A stretch of DNA of 64,000 nt from Octopus sinensis (lineage: Eukaryota): assembly GCF_006345805.1 (NCBI RefSeq), contig NC_042998.1:4154001-4218000 (forward strand), in the 5' to 3' direction. Both the position numbers and the translations under genes were made by a program. Shown here piece by piece: positions 15,420-29,635 of the stretch (position 1 is its first letter; every line of letters starts with the position of its first letter). Below the pieces are notes generated by a model. The model saw nothing but the letters and a program-made list of their open reading frames with translations, searched no databases and was not told the DNA's origin.

Positions 15420-15743
15420 ATAACATGTATATTCAAAGAGAATGAACCAATATTACGCAATATTTTAATAAGGAAAAGCAAAGAAGTACTCAGTGAATCG
15501 TGATATGCTGATACGCGTCTGGGAGGAAATCCCTTATCACATTGATGTTGCCTGTGATGCAGGTGGTGGCCTCATTGAACATTTGTAACAAATGAAAATT
15601 CATTGTGTGTAAATACTTGTGACTTAGCTGGAGTTTTCTATTGTTTTTCCTTATTAAAATATTGCGTAATGAAATCAGTTCATTCTTTTTGAATAACGCT
15701 GTTTATTTATTGGAAAATCTGTGAGATCCTTGTTACAGTTACG

Positions 15744-17851
<2,108 letters not shown>

Positions 17852-17856
17852 TATGT

Positions 17857-17888
<32 letters not shown>

Positions 17889-17992
17889 ACACACACACTC
17901 ACACACACACACACACACACACGCACATATATATATATATATATATATATATGCGTATGTGTGTGTGTGTCTATGTTTATGTGTGTGTATAG

Positions 17993-18690
17993 AATTTGAG
18001 GGTAAGCTGTGGACGAGGTCCGATACTCCTGATAATTTCTATATAGCTATGGGCTCGAGTGACTCGGCTGAAATCACTAACTTAGTTGGTGCGTATCTTT
18101 TAAGGTGCCTTAATAGTGAAACCCCTGAATTGCAGGGGAGTTTATATAGAGATGACGCTCTATTCATTATCCCTAGCGACAAGAAATCAGTCATAGAAAG
18201 AATGAGGAAAAGAACTAGAAAATTTTTAAGGGGTTTCAAATTATTACGTTTGAATGCAGCACAAAAGTGGCAAATTTCTTAGATGCTACATTAGAAATTT
18301 ACTCAGGATTATACCATCCCTATAGGAAACCAGGTGAAGTTATGAGGTATGTGAACAATTTATCAAATTGTTTTAACATCGCCAGTCAAAATTATTTCTA
18401 AAAGAATTACGAAATTATCAGCTAATAAGGACATTTTAACACCTATTCCCACCACTACAAATTCGCTTTGTCTAAGTCAGGATAGGACCATGAAATTATA
18501 TTTTTAATCATGAAAGTGTAACACCTATTAATAGTAGAAATAATGAAATTTTAAGTGAGAGGGGGAATACAGACTTACTTCGTCGGGAAAACAAACCTAC
18601 TAGGAAAGCATCCAACAAACCCATCAATTTAAATAAAAAAGATATGCAACAATAGAAAATTAGATGCTATAACAAGTAGGAATATTAGTG
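17993..18690 (+). mobile_element. Penelope-like element RT/thumb fragment (YRDD type), degraded
   Basis: FYIAMGSSDSAEITNLVGAYLL...GSLYRDDAL, then after a frameshift VANFLDATLEIYSGLYHPYRKPGEVMRYVNNLSN; all are PLE RT motifs. Confidence 0.8.
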
Positions 18691-18925
18691 TGTGCTGGTC
18701 CCTTTCTGGATATCGACAGGCTGGATCTGGACTAGAATCTCTGAGCCTACCGGGTGTTACCATCATTGGCTTCGGTTTCATTACTACCGTTAATCACAAT
18801 ATTTTGTTGTTTCATTGTCACTCATATGAGGTAGCGATTATCAGTCTGCACAATTACCAGTGTTTTTATTGTGTCACGATCACTAGATGTATTATTAATC
18901 AGCCCATAAGGAGGCTCCACTCGTT
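18691..18925 (-). mobile_element. 5' end fragment of R4/Dong-like family C
   Basis: Reverse complement matches 23640-23875 (GTGACACAATAAAAACA.TGGTAATTG.GCA..CTGATAATC...); abuts (CTT)n/(TTA)n. Confidence 0.75.
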
Positions 18926-18974
18926 TCTTCTTCTTCTTCTTCTTCTTCTTCTTCTTCTTCTTCTTCTTCTTCTT

Positions 18975-19005
<31 letters not shown>

Positions 19006-19023
19006 TTATTATTATTATTATTA

Positions 19024-19069
<46 letters not shown>

Positions 19070-19096
19070 GTTGTTGTTGTTATTATTATTATTATT

Positions 19097-19650
19097 GAGT
19101 GAGCGAGCAGAGCATGCCATCAAAGTGACACTGGGGTAAAATATACGAAGCCCAGTATACCCATCATGACTACCCGTCTGATAAGGGTACACCAGACATA
19201 TGCATCACAACCATGTGTGCGCGACATGGTGATCTTATATCAAGATAAACAGCTCATGACCTTGCAGGTGGAGCCCAGTTAGAATTTTCTTCAGATCGAG
19301 TAACCCATCCCGCTCAAAAGGTCCCTGAATAAGGGTTGTTTAAGGACGTTGAACGAAACACCCATGTTTCCAGAGGTGAATTATTCAAACCCCAAAGAAT
19401 CCTTCTCAACACATGGCTATGATGCTCCCCCACTACTTCTGCTCGTGATCATAGATGCACATATCGTCAGCCACTAAGGGACATGCTCAACTGGTTAAGG
19501 TCAAACAACTGACAAGCAAATCTGTGGTATTGAGCAGAATATTTGCTGTAGCCCATCTTTTATACCAAGACAAAACAATGTACATGATAACACTTCCAAT
19601 CAGTTAAGATCAGAAGCCATGAGAGCCACTGCCTGGTACTGCATCAGGGC

Positions 19651-19651
<1 letters not shown>
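19097..19651 (-). mobile_element. 555-bp non-coding interspersed element in (TTA)n, copy 1
   Basis: Near-identical to 26589-27143; both ends coincide; (TTA)n on both flanks. Confidence 0.9.
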
Positions 19652-19739
<88 letters not shown>

Positions 19740-19751
19740 TATTATTATTAC

Positions 19752-19796
<45 letters not shown>

Positions 19797-19810
19797 TATT
19801 ATTATTATTA

Positions 19811-19854
<44 letters not shown>

Positions 19855-20178
19855 TATTTTTATTATTGTTGTTGTTGGTTGTTGTTGTTATAATATCACT
19901 GATATTATACACCTCAATGGCATTACATAGATATATAACTCCACGGAAAATATAGGGGTGGATATTAGTTTTCTGTTCGCTTCTTTGTCTCGTTTGATTA
20001 CATTGATTTGTTTATAATTATGGAAGCAGTGCTCAATCAAATTGTCTACGTTAATAGATAAGGCCTGGAGCCTAGTACTAACACGAAAGTGTTAATGACA
20101 ATTAACCAAAAATCGTGTCTTATCAGAAGAAAAAATCAATAATGACAAATAGTAAAATAATAATAATAATAATAATAA

Positions 20179-20398
20179 TTAAAAACATTCAGACAAATAC
20201 ATAACAAAAACACCAGGACTTACAAACACATATAACATACAGAAAATTGCACTACTAAGCACTGCACACATCCTACGCAGAACACTTTCCATACAATAAC
20301 CATCAGAGCATCACAACAAATCACAGCACATACCCAAGGCACACAGAGCTGCGCTCGGTAGTGAACTGAAAGTACGCTATAAAAATAAAACTACTGAA
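20179..20398 (+). mobile_element. 3' terminal fragment of R4/Dong-like family A
   Basis: Nearly identical to 23248-23465 (KYITKTPGLTNTYNIQKIALL.TAHILRRTLSIQ* plus 3' UTR); (TAA)n on both sides. Confidence 0.92.
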
Positions 20399-20400
20399 TG

Positions 20401-20445
<45 letters not shown>

Positions 20446-20466
20446 TAATAATAATAATAATAATAA

Positions 20467-23460
20467 GGGGAACACCGGGGAACTTTTAAGATGTAAGAAG
20501 GAAAATACAGAGCTCCGAAATCTATCCACAAACATCGAAAACAAGGACATCCTATGGAGCCAAAGATTTACTAACAAAGAATTGGACTGTATCGGACACA
20601 TGTAAACATGCGTGGAACATCACGATCATCCCCGACTCCAAACACCATGTACAAAGGAACTACGAAGAAATTAAATGCCACCGATACTATTCAACCCAAG
20701 AATAACAATCGAGCGGTACGTACATTCAACTTACAACAAAAAATGTACGAAAAACTACACGTGCGAAATAATGTGACAACAGAAATAAACGGACCGGTAC
20801 CCTACGAAAATGACGACCGTCAAAATAATGGGCCGGACGTTGTACCTCATGTCCCGCAAATAAAACCCAAAAGACGTAAATGGACACGTGAGGAATACAT
20901 TTCTATCTTACACGCATACTTCACAGCAATAATCTACCCAAAAAATGAAAATACAACAACACATACATATAAAATATGGAAGGAAAATAATAGAGATATA
21001 GACTTGGATACAGCAATGAACCCTAATAAATTAGCTAACGTACGAAGATACATTCTCAACACAAAAAAAATATCAGAAATAGAAATAGAACACCTAAAAG
21101 AAAATATACACCAGGAAAATGTAGATAGAAGCCACACAACAATGCCCAATAATATAAACACTGAAACTGTAAAACACGAAGACAAACGCAACATTCCCAA
21201 CAAATACGATGTAAACAACGAAGGGGAGCCTAATGATTATGATAATATAAAAAGTAAAATAATCAAAGAACTGAAAACCACAGAGCCCAAAATGGACCAC
21301 CGACCATACCTCCCAAGAACAAAAATAAACGAAATAACAACACCTATTATAAACAGCATAAACCTAGCCGTCACTGAACTAGCCACTGAAACAAAAAAAG
21401 TGATATCACTGAACTAAATGACTTGATATACGCAGCAGCCACTGCAGCCACAAAAGAAGCTGGATACTCACACAAACCCGCCCAAACAGGAGTACCACCA
21501 CCCACACAAACCCTGTGGATAAATAACATCCAAAACAAAATAAAAAAAATTAGAAAAGACCTGTCGATTCTTAATGAAATCAGCAAACAATCAACGCTAC
21601 TGCGCAACAAAAAGAGAACAAAAATGCTCCGCAAATATAACATCACAGAAAAAGATTTGCCGGAGATAAAAGAAAAGCTGAAGCAAGATATCCTTGCCAA
21701 AGCTCAAAGGATCCGCCGGTACGAGAAACGCCAACGCTTCTTTGAACAGAACAAAAAGTTCAACTCCAAACCCAAAAAGTTCTACCAAGAACTGGGAAAA
21801 AATAAAATAGAAGTCACTGCAGCACCAACGGCAGAAGAATTGTAAGAATTCTGGAGAGAAATATGGTCGGCGAACGAACAACCAAAAAAAAAAGGAGTAT
21901 CAAAATAACAAACTCGGCATCTGAACAACTTTGGACTCCCATTACAACTGAAGAGATCACCCAGGCACTGCAAAACTAAGCAACTGGAAGGCACCTGGGC
22001 ATGACAAGATCCCCAACTTCTGGTTGAAATATCTAACAGGAATGCACAAAAAGCTGGCTGAAAACTTTAACAGCATACTAGCAGAGCCAGAAACAATGCC
22101 TGAATGGTTCACGAAGGGGAAAACCATCTTAATTCCCAAATCAAATGAAACAGCAAAACCAGAAAACTACAGACTAATAACCTGCCTCCCTACTATGTTC
22201 AAGGCATTTACTGCAGTGATATCGCAAAGGCTGAACAAGCACCTGGACGAAAACAAACTATTCCCAGAAGAGCAGAAAGGATGCCGCAAGGGCTCATATG
22301 GCTGTAAAGATCAACTAATGATTAATAAAGCCGTAACTGAAGACAGCCACAGAAAGAAGAAAGGCCTCAGTATGGCCTGGATTGACTACAAAAAGGCGTT
22401 TGATAGCATCCCCCACACATGGATCCTCGAAACACTAGCCATTAACAAAGTAGCACCAACAATCATAAAATACATAGAGCACTCTATGAATAAATGGCAA
22501 ACAGTCCTACACCTCCAAACAAAAGAGGGACTCATGAAAACCAAAGACATCCCCATTAGGAGAGGAATATTCCAGGGAGACACGCTCTCTCCACTCCTTT
22601 TCTGCTTGGCACTGTCACCTCTATCTGATATGCTAAACAGAACTGGATGCGGATATAAATGTTACGGCAAAACGATCAGCCACCTTTTATATATGGATGA
22701 CCTAAAACTATACGCTGCAAATGACAAACAGCTGGAAACACTATTAAAGACAGTTCATGGATTTACCAAAGAAATAGATATGAAATTTGGATTAGAAAAA
22801 TGCGCCAAAGTAACCATGAAAAGAGGAAAACTAGTTAAGAGTAACAACATCACACTAGATAAAACCAATGAAATAAAAGAATTAGACCAAAGCCAAACTT
22901 ACAAATACTTAGGAATCCATGAAATAGAAAAGACACAACACACACAAATGAAAGAGAAAATAAAAAAAGAATATTATAGACGAGTTAGATCAATACTAAA
23001 AACAGAGCTCAATGCTAAAAACAAGATAATAGGTATCAACACTTTAGCTGTCCCAGTTATAAGTTACAGCAACAATATCCTTAGATATGCTTTCTAATTG
23101 ATGTATCAATACCGGCAGATGACAACGTGTCTCTAAAAGAAATGGAGAAACTCTCAAAATACAAAGACCTGGAAATAGAGGTAACTAGAATGTGGAATCT
23201 GAAAACAGAAACAATTCCTATCATAGTAGGTGCATTAGGCATGATAAAAAAATATTCAGACAAATACATAACAAAAACACCAGGACTTACAAACACATAT
23301 AACATACAGAAAATTGCACTACTAGGCACTGCACACATCCTACGCAGAACACTTTCCATACAATAACCATCAGAGCATCACAACAAATCACAGCACATAC
23401 CCAAGGCACACAGAGCTGCGCTCGGTAGTGAAGTGAAAGCACGCTATAAAAATAAAACTA

Positions 23461-23465
<5 letters not shown>
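20467..23465 (+). mobile_element. R4/Dong-like RLE non-LTR retrotransposon family A, 5' end apparently present, internally deleted, flanked by (TAA)n
   Basis: Starts GGGGAACACC directly after (TAA)n and ends CTACTGAA-(TAA)n; single disrupted ORF (see next entry). Confidence 0.92.
20608..23366 (+). pseudogene. Disrupted Dong/R4 ORF: N-terminal domain, reverse transcriptase and tail of a restriction-like endonuclease
   Basis: RRKWTREEY N-terminal motif; WKAPGHDKIPNFWLK; ENYRLITCL; EQKGCRKGSYGCKDQL; WIDYKKAFDS; GIFQGDTLSPLLF; LYMDDLKL; YKYLG; CFLIDVSIP..KLSKYKDL..PIIVGALG. Frameshift at ~21420, stop at 21843, further shifts near 21890-21910. Confidence 0.92.
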
Positions 23466-23510
<45 letters not shown>

Positions 23511-23528
23511 TAATAATAATAATAATAA

Positions 23529-23597
23529 TGCCCTAGGAGTCGGGAAGACACTCGGCAAGAAATGGAAGCAAATTTGAAAGAAGAGAAAAAAAAATAA
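23529..23597 (+). mobile_element. ~70-bp 3' tip of R4/Dong-like family B
   Basis: GCCCTAGG...GAAGACACTCGGCAAGAAATGGAAGCAAATTTGAAAGAA matches the reverse complement of 27196-27260; within (TAA)n. Confidence 0.75.
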
Positions 23598-23634
23598 AAT
23601 AATAATAATATCAGTGGTGATAATAATAATGATG

Positions 23635-25815
23635 AAAGGAAGCGGTTAGAATCTCTTCATGTCTTGATCGATGATACATCTGGTGATGGTGTCACAATAA
23701 AAACAATGGTAATTGCGCAACCTGATAATCATTACCTTATATGAGTAACAATGAAAAACAAAAATATTGTGAATAACGGTGGTCAAGAAACTGAAGCCCT
23801 CGATGATGACAGTGTTGCACTCGGCAGGCTCAGACACAGTGGTCCAGCTCCAGCCTGTCATTATCCAGCAATGGACTTACGGCGAAGATGGAACAAATAC
23901 GTCAATCCAGTGGTCATGGAGTGTTACTAACTGAGCAACTCTGTAGACGAAAATATTAGAAGATACCGACAACATATGTATGGAGAGGAAGCTGATTGTT
24001 TCAACTCAGAGAACAGAGTTTATGTGATCAAGTTAGAGCAATAAGAACACTCGTTGGTTCAGAGAAGTAGAGCCTGAAGCTTTCAAAAGACGAGCATTGG
24101 AAAACAGTAGTAGAGGAATCGATGAAATACAGTTCTTAACTGCGAGCTGGCAGAAACGTTAGCACGCCGGGCGAAATGCGTAGCCGTAATTCGTCTGTCG
24201 TTACGTTCTGAGTTCAAATTCCGCTGAGGTCGACTTTGCCTTTCATCCTCTCGGGGTTGATAAATAAAGTACCAATTTCGCACTGGGTCGATGTAATCGA
24301 CTTAATCCCTTTGTCTGTCCTTGTTTTTCCTCTCTATGTTTAGCCCCTTGTGGGCAATAAAGAAAAAATAAAAGTAATCTCATAGCAGAAAACAGAGGTG
24401 AGATCTCTAATAAATCACAGGAAAGGAACAGCGATAGCTTGTTCGATGAGAGACGTATAGATGCTTTGGAATATGACAATAAAACTAATGTTGACATGAC
24501 AGATGGGCAAAAAGCAATCAAAGACATAATAAAGGCAAGGCTACAAGAGAACGATAGCGACATAATTTGCAACCTTAAAAAGGTTGATCGTTCGAACCAA
24601 GAAACGAAATGTGTGAATGGAATTCTGAAATGCATCAGAACAAAAAACATCACAGAAAGAAATAATTTGATTAAGGCAGCAAGTATTGTTGTAACAGAAA
24701 TTGTGGGTGTTGATGTCAAGAAAAAGAAATATATCGGGAGTGACAAAAGAAAAGATCCATGGCGGAAAAGATGAATACAGGCAGGGTTAGATATGCTCGA
24801 GAAGGACATTTCTGTGTTAGACCGAAAAGAGAAGGGGGAGCTTAAAAGTGAACAAAAATACAAAGCACTGAACAGGAAGCATATATCGAAAGAAAGGGCT
24901 TGGAAGCGGTAATGGAGATACGAAAAAATAATGAAGGGATACCTGCAGAATAGGTCATTCAGAGTAGATCGGAAGAGATTCTACAGAATAATAAATGCAA
25001 GTATTGTTGTAGCAGAAAAAACGTGGGTGTTGATGTTAAGAAAGAGAAATATAATGGGAGTAACAAGAGAAAAGATCCGTGGTCGACTAGAAGAATACAG
25101 GCAGGGTTAGATATGCTCTCAAAGGAAATTTCTATGTTAGACCGAAAAGAGAAAGGGGAGCTTAAAAGCGAACAAAAATACAGGGCACTGAAAAAGAAGT
25201 ATAGTTTTGAAAGAAAGGGCCTGAAAGTGGTGAAGTAGGAAATGAAATAGCACCTCGTTGCAAAGAAAGCAAAGATGGTAAAATACGACCAAAGAATGAA
25301 GGGTTACCACCAGAATAGGTTATTCAGAGTAGATCAGAAGAGATTCTATAAAGAAATACCCGGAGAGTGTACAGGTGAAAAGTTGATACCAGATAACAAT
25401 GAAAGTCAAAGGTTTTGGAGTTACAACTGGAGCAAAGACAAGGAGCACAAGAAGGATGCTGAATGGTTGCAAGAACTGACACAAAAAGTAGTCTGTCCAT
25501 AACAGGCAGAAGTAGTCATTTCAGTTAGGGAAGTGAAGGAAATCAGCAAAAACAAAAATGAGCAACTGGAATGCCCCGGGACCAGACGGAGTTTAAGGCT
25601 ACTGAATCAAAAGATTTGGTGAATGTCATGCACGAATAGCTACATAACTCCTTGTTAAATGCCGACTAAGTAACATCAGTGTGATTGACAATGGGTAGGA
25701 CAGTGCTGTGCTTAAAAAAACATCGGAAACGGCAATGCGGTTGACAATTACAGGCCGATATCTTGCTTTCTCCTTACGTGGAAATTATTGACTGGAATAG
25801 TCGCGGAGTCAATGA
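23635..25815 (+). mobile_element. R4/Dong-like family C, 5' half, degraded, interrupted by a SINE, 3'-truncated in RT
   Basis: [75 protein letters not shown]. Confidence 0.85.
24138..24366 (+). mobile_element. tRNA-derived SINE family B monomer
   Basis: GAGCTGGCAGAAACGTTAGC A-box, GAGTTCAAATTCC B-box, GTCGACTTTGCCTTTCATCC core, tail GCCCCTTGTGGGCAATAAAGAAA. Confidence 0.9.
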
Positions 25816-25829
25816 ACGGACATTAGGAA

Positions 25830-25985
25830 AAAATGGAGTCCGGCCACCAAGGTCGAGTTTGCCTTTTATCCTTTCGGGGTCGGTAGAATAAGCGCCAGTG
25901 GAACACTGGGGTCGATAAAATCGATTAGTCTCATCCCTACAAATTTCAGGTTTTGTGTCTTTAGTCGAAAGGACGTTTATTATTA
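25830..25985 (+). mobile_element. SINE family B' partial
   Basis: GGTCGAGTTTGCCTTTTATCCTTTCGGGGTCGG core and AAATTTCAGGTTTTGTGTCT tail. Confidence 0.7.
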
Positions 25986-25988
25986 TCT

Positions 25989-26515
25989 GAGGGAGCAATG
26001 CATGGTGTAAAATATACGAAGCCTAGTATACTCATCATGACTAGCCGTCTGATAAGTGTTCACCAGGCACATGCATCACAGCTACATGTGCGCGATATGA
26101 TGATCTCATATCATGATTAACAGTGCATGACCTTGCAGGTGAAGCCAGTTAGAAATTTCTTCAAGTCGAGTAGCTCATCCCGCTCAAAAGGTCCTTGAAT
26201 AAGGATTGTTTGAGGATGTTGAACAAAACACCCATGTTTCCAAAGGTGAAGTATCCAAACCCCAATGAATTCCTCTCAACACACGGCTATGATGCTCCCC
26301 CTCTAATGGCCGTGATCAGAGAGGCACATGTCGCCAGCAACTAAGCGACATGCTCAACTGCTCAAAGTCAAACAACTGACAAACAAATCTGTGGTATTGA
26401 GCAGAATATTTGCTGTAGTCCATCTTTTATATCAAGAAAAACAATGTACATGATAGCACTCCCAATCAGTTAAGATCCGAAGCCATGAGAGCGACTGTCT
26501 GCTACTGTATCAGGG

Positions 26516-26517
<2 letters not shown>
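25989..26517 (-). mobile_element. 555-bp family, older and more diverged copy 2
   Basis: Colinear with copies 1 and 3, small deletion near one end, followed by (TTA)n. Confidence 0.88.
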
Positions 26518-26588
<71 letters not shown>

Positions 26589-27141
26589 GAGTGAGAGAGC
26601 AGTTCATGCCATCAAAGTGACACTGGGGTAAAATATACGAAGCCCAATATACCCATCATGACTACCCGTCTGATAAAGGCACACCAGGCACATGCATCAC
26701 AACCATATGTGCGCGACATGGTGATCTCATATCAAGATAAACAGCTCATGACCTTGCAGGTGGGGCCCAGTTAGAATTTTCTTCAGGTTGAGTAGCCCAT
26801 CCCGCTCAAACGGTCCCTGAATAAGGGTTGTTTAAGGATGTTGAAAGAACCACCCATGTTTCCAGAGGTGAATTATTCAAACCCCAAAGAATCCCTCTCA
26901 ACACATGGCTATGATGCTCCCCCACTACTTCTGCTCGTGATCAGAGATGCACATATCGTCAGCCACTAAGGGACATGCTCAACTGGTTAAGGTCAAACAA
27001 CTGACAAGCAAATCTGTGGTATTGAGCAGAATATTTGCTGTAGCCCATCTTTTATACCAAGACAAAACAATGTACATGATAACACTTCCAATCAGTTAAG
27101 ATCAGAAGCCATGAGAGCCATTGCCTGGTACTGCATTAGGG

Positions 27142-27143
<2 letters not shown>
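26589..27143 (-). mobile_element. 555-bp family, copy 3
   Basis: GAGTGAGAGAGCAG...GGTACTGCATTAGGGCA, with (TTA)n on both sides. Confidence 0.9.
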
Positions 27144-27195
<52 letters not shown>

Positions 27196-27958
27196 GTTTT
27201 TTCTTTCTTTCTTCAAATTTTCTTCCGTTTCTCGCCGAGTGTTTTCCATACACCTAGGGCAGAGAAGCTCATTGTATACATTCCCAGATTACACACGGAA
27301 ATTCACAGATAAAATATGTATTTAAAAATCAATAAATAAATAAATTCAAGGATGGATGTTGTTTTCACAGCGATAATGCTCTTCTCAGTACATGAGCCGT
27401 TCCAGTTAATGTGATTTTTTGCACTTCCTGTAGGGATGGTAAGCCTGGAATCATTTTCAAATAGGTTTCAGTACCTTTTCTTTATCATTCCTAGCGATCC
27501 TACAATCACTGGTACTGTAGTCGCCTTGAGATGCCACATTTTTTCAATTTCTATTAGCAGGTCCTTATATTTACTAATCTTGTCAAATTCTTTCGCCGCT
27601 ATATTGTGATCGCAAGGGATACTCATGTCAATTAATAAACACATCATTTTTGTCTGATTGTTTATAATATTATCCGGTTTATTTGCTTTTATAACCTTGT
27701 CGGTCTGTACGGGGAAGTCCCATAGAATCGACAAATTTTCTCCCTCAGTCACAGATTCAGGATGGTATTTATACCATTTGTCAGCGGTTTTGATTTTATA
27801 ATACCGTCATATTGTCCAATGTAAATACTGGCAAACTCTGTTATGTCTCACTTTATATTCTGCAGGTGCTAAGACTCTACACACTGAGATTAGGTGGTCT
27901 ATTGTTTCAATCTCATCGTTACAGAATCGGCATTTTGGGTCAGCTCCATTTTTTATCA

Positions 27959-27960
<2 letters not shown>
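27196..27960 (-). mobile_element. R4/Dong-like family B, 5'-truncated: CCHC zinc knuckle, RLE and 3' UTR
   Basis: CRFCNDEIETIDHLISVC..YKVRHNRV; ILWDFPVQTDKVIKANKPD...LIDMSIP..KISKYKDL..PVIVGSLG; (TAA)n on the sense strand at both ends. Confidence 0.92.
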
Positions 27961-28008
<48 letters not shown>

Positions 28009-28212
28009 GAGCTGGCAGGCTCATTTGTACACTGGAAAAATTGCTCCACAGCATTTTCTCGACTTGTGAGTTGAAATACCGCTGAATTCGACTTTTGGGG
28101 CCGATCCTTTTGTGTCGATGAGTACTGGTTTTGATATAATCGACTTGCCCCACTCCTCAGAAAATTGCAAGCCTTGTGCCTATATTAGAAGAGACTATTA
28201 TTATTATCATTC
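28009..28212 (+). mobile_element. Degenerate SINE family B'
   Basis: GAGCTGGCAG start, GAGTTGAAATACC B-box, GATATAATCGACTT, tail GCCTTGTGCCT..TATTATT. Confidence 0.65.
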
Positions 28213-28998
28213 ATAGATTATTTGAGTTCTAATCTTCATATCAGATAATGTAAAAGCCTCACCAAAGACAATAACTTGTTTAAAGAGGCACTTTTCAGGT
28301 CAACACTCCAGCCATACATACACTGTGTTTATTTTCTTTGTTCTTTAGTCTGAATGAATAAATAAAATCCAATATAATAACAATAATTTAGAACTAGACA
28401 TTGAGATTTGTAAATCAGCAATTGCGAACAATTTACCTTAATCAATCACACATCTGATATTACTTAAGATTAAAATAAATGCCTTTTTTTGTACTAACAT
28501 CAATTTGTCTAATAGTCTTTTTTATCAATTCCACTAATAAAATAAAACATTATATAATAAACAAAAATATTCTCTATTAATGCATGGAAATATCTTTCTT
28601 TTTATATTAATTGGTTTTTAATCATCTGAAAATAAATCAATGGGAAAGGAAAAGGGAAAAATTTTTCCAATACAAAGAAATTATCTGGCAATGTTTTAAC
28701 TAGCAGGAGGTCTCCAAGAAAGGTGGGAAGTTAATTATGTATCAAATACTGAAACGCTTCAGAAATGTTTGTAACTGTTGTGTACGGATAAAAGCAAACA
28801 GACAAAAAGTAAGAGAAACATTTCTTTTGGCACAGTTTTAGAATGGGTCAGTGCCTATAATTTTTGAAAGTTTTACATGGTCGTCTTTCCTTATATGTAA
28901 CAGAGTATAATTGCATATAAACACTTTTTCCAGCTAAAATTGTTTGTAAATTTATGTAAATTTATAGAAAACCATGTACCGTAAAAAGCAACACAAAA

Positions 28999-29048
<50 letters not shown>

Positions 29049-29107
29049 ACTGCATTTAATATATATGAATGTGTAACTTTAATGTATCGTTTCATATATA
29101 TATAGCT

Positions 29108-29144
29108 TTTCGGCTGATAAACCCTCCAGCCTTCATCAGGTGTC
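29108..29144 (-). ncRNA. Truncated hammerhead motif, inverted copy
   Basis: Minus strand GACAC CTGATGA A GGCTG gagggtttat CAGCC GAAA, then truncated. Confidence 0.55.
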
Positions 29145-29211
29145 TTGGGGAAATTTCGAAACTGGGTTCGCATTCCTAAGGTATTTTTCGATGCTGTTGT
29201 TGTTGTGGTTT

Positions 29212-29288
<77 letters not shown>

Positions 29289-29391
29289 AATATTCAGGTT
29301 ACTGCCTGGAATCGAACTCGGAATCTGCTCTTAACCACAACACCATATGCTCGTGGGCAGTGACCTGAATACTACTACTACTACTACTACA

Positions 29392-29434
<43 letters not shown>

Positions 29435-29462
29435 TACTACTACTACTACTACAACTACTACA

Positions 29463-29502
<40 letters not shown>

Positions 29503-29594
29503 ATAATAATAATAATTGTAATAATAATAACAACAACAACAACAACATCGGAAAATGTCTTAGGAATGAGAACCCAGGTTCGAAATTTCCCCAA

Positions 29595-29635
29595 GACACC
29601 TGATGAAGGCTGGAGGGTATATCAGCCGAAACGTT
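29595..29635 (+). ncRNA. Minimal type I hammerhead motif (extra A after the core; 3' strand of stem I missing in this copy)
   Basis: GACAC CTGATGA A GGCTG gagggtatat CAGCC GAAAC GTT. Confidence 0.65.

Noticed and set aside
29291-29371. Genuine tRNA gene
   Set aside because: A and B boxes are present but the anticodon arm region is missing and there is no cloverleaf; it is an element head. The other A/B boxes in the window are SINE heads
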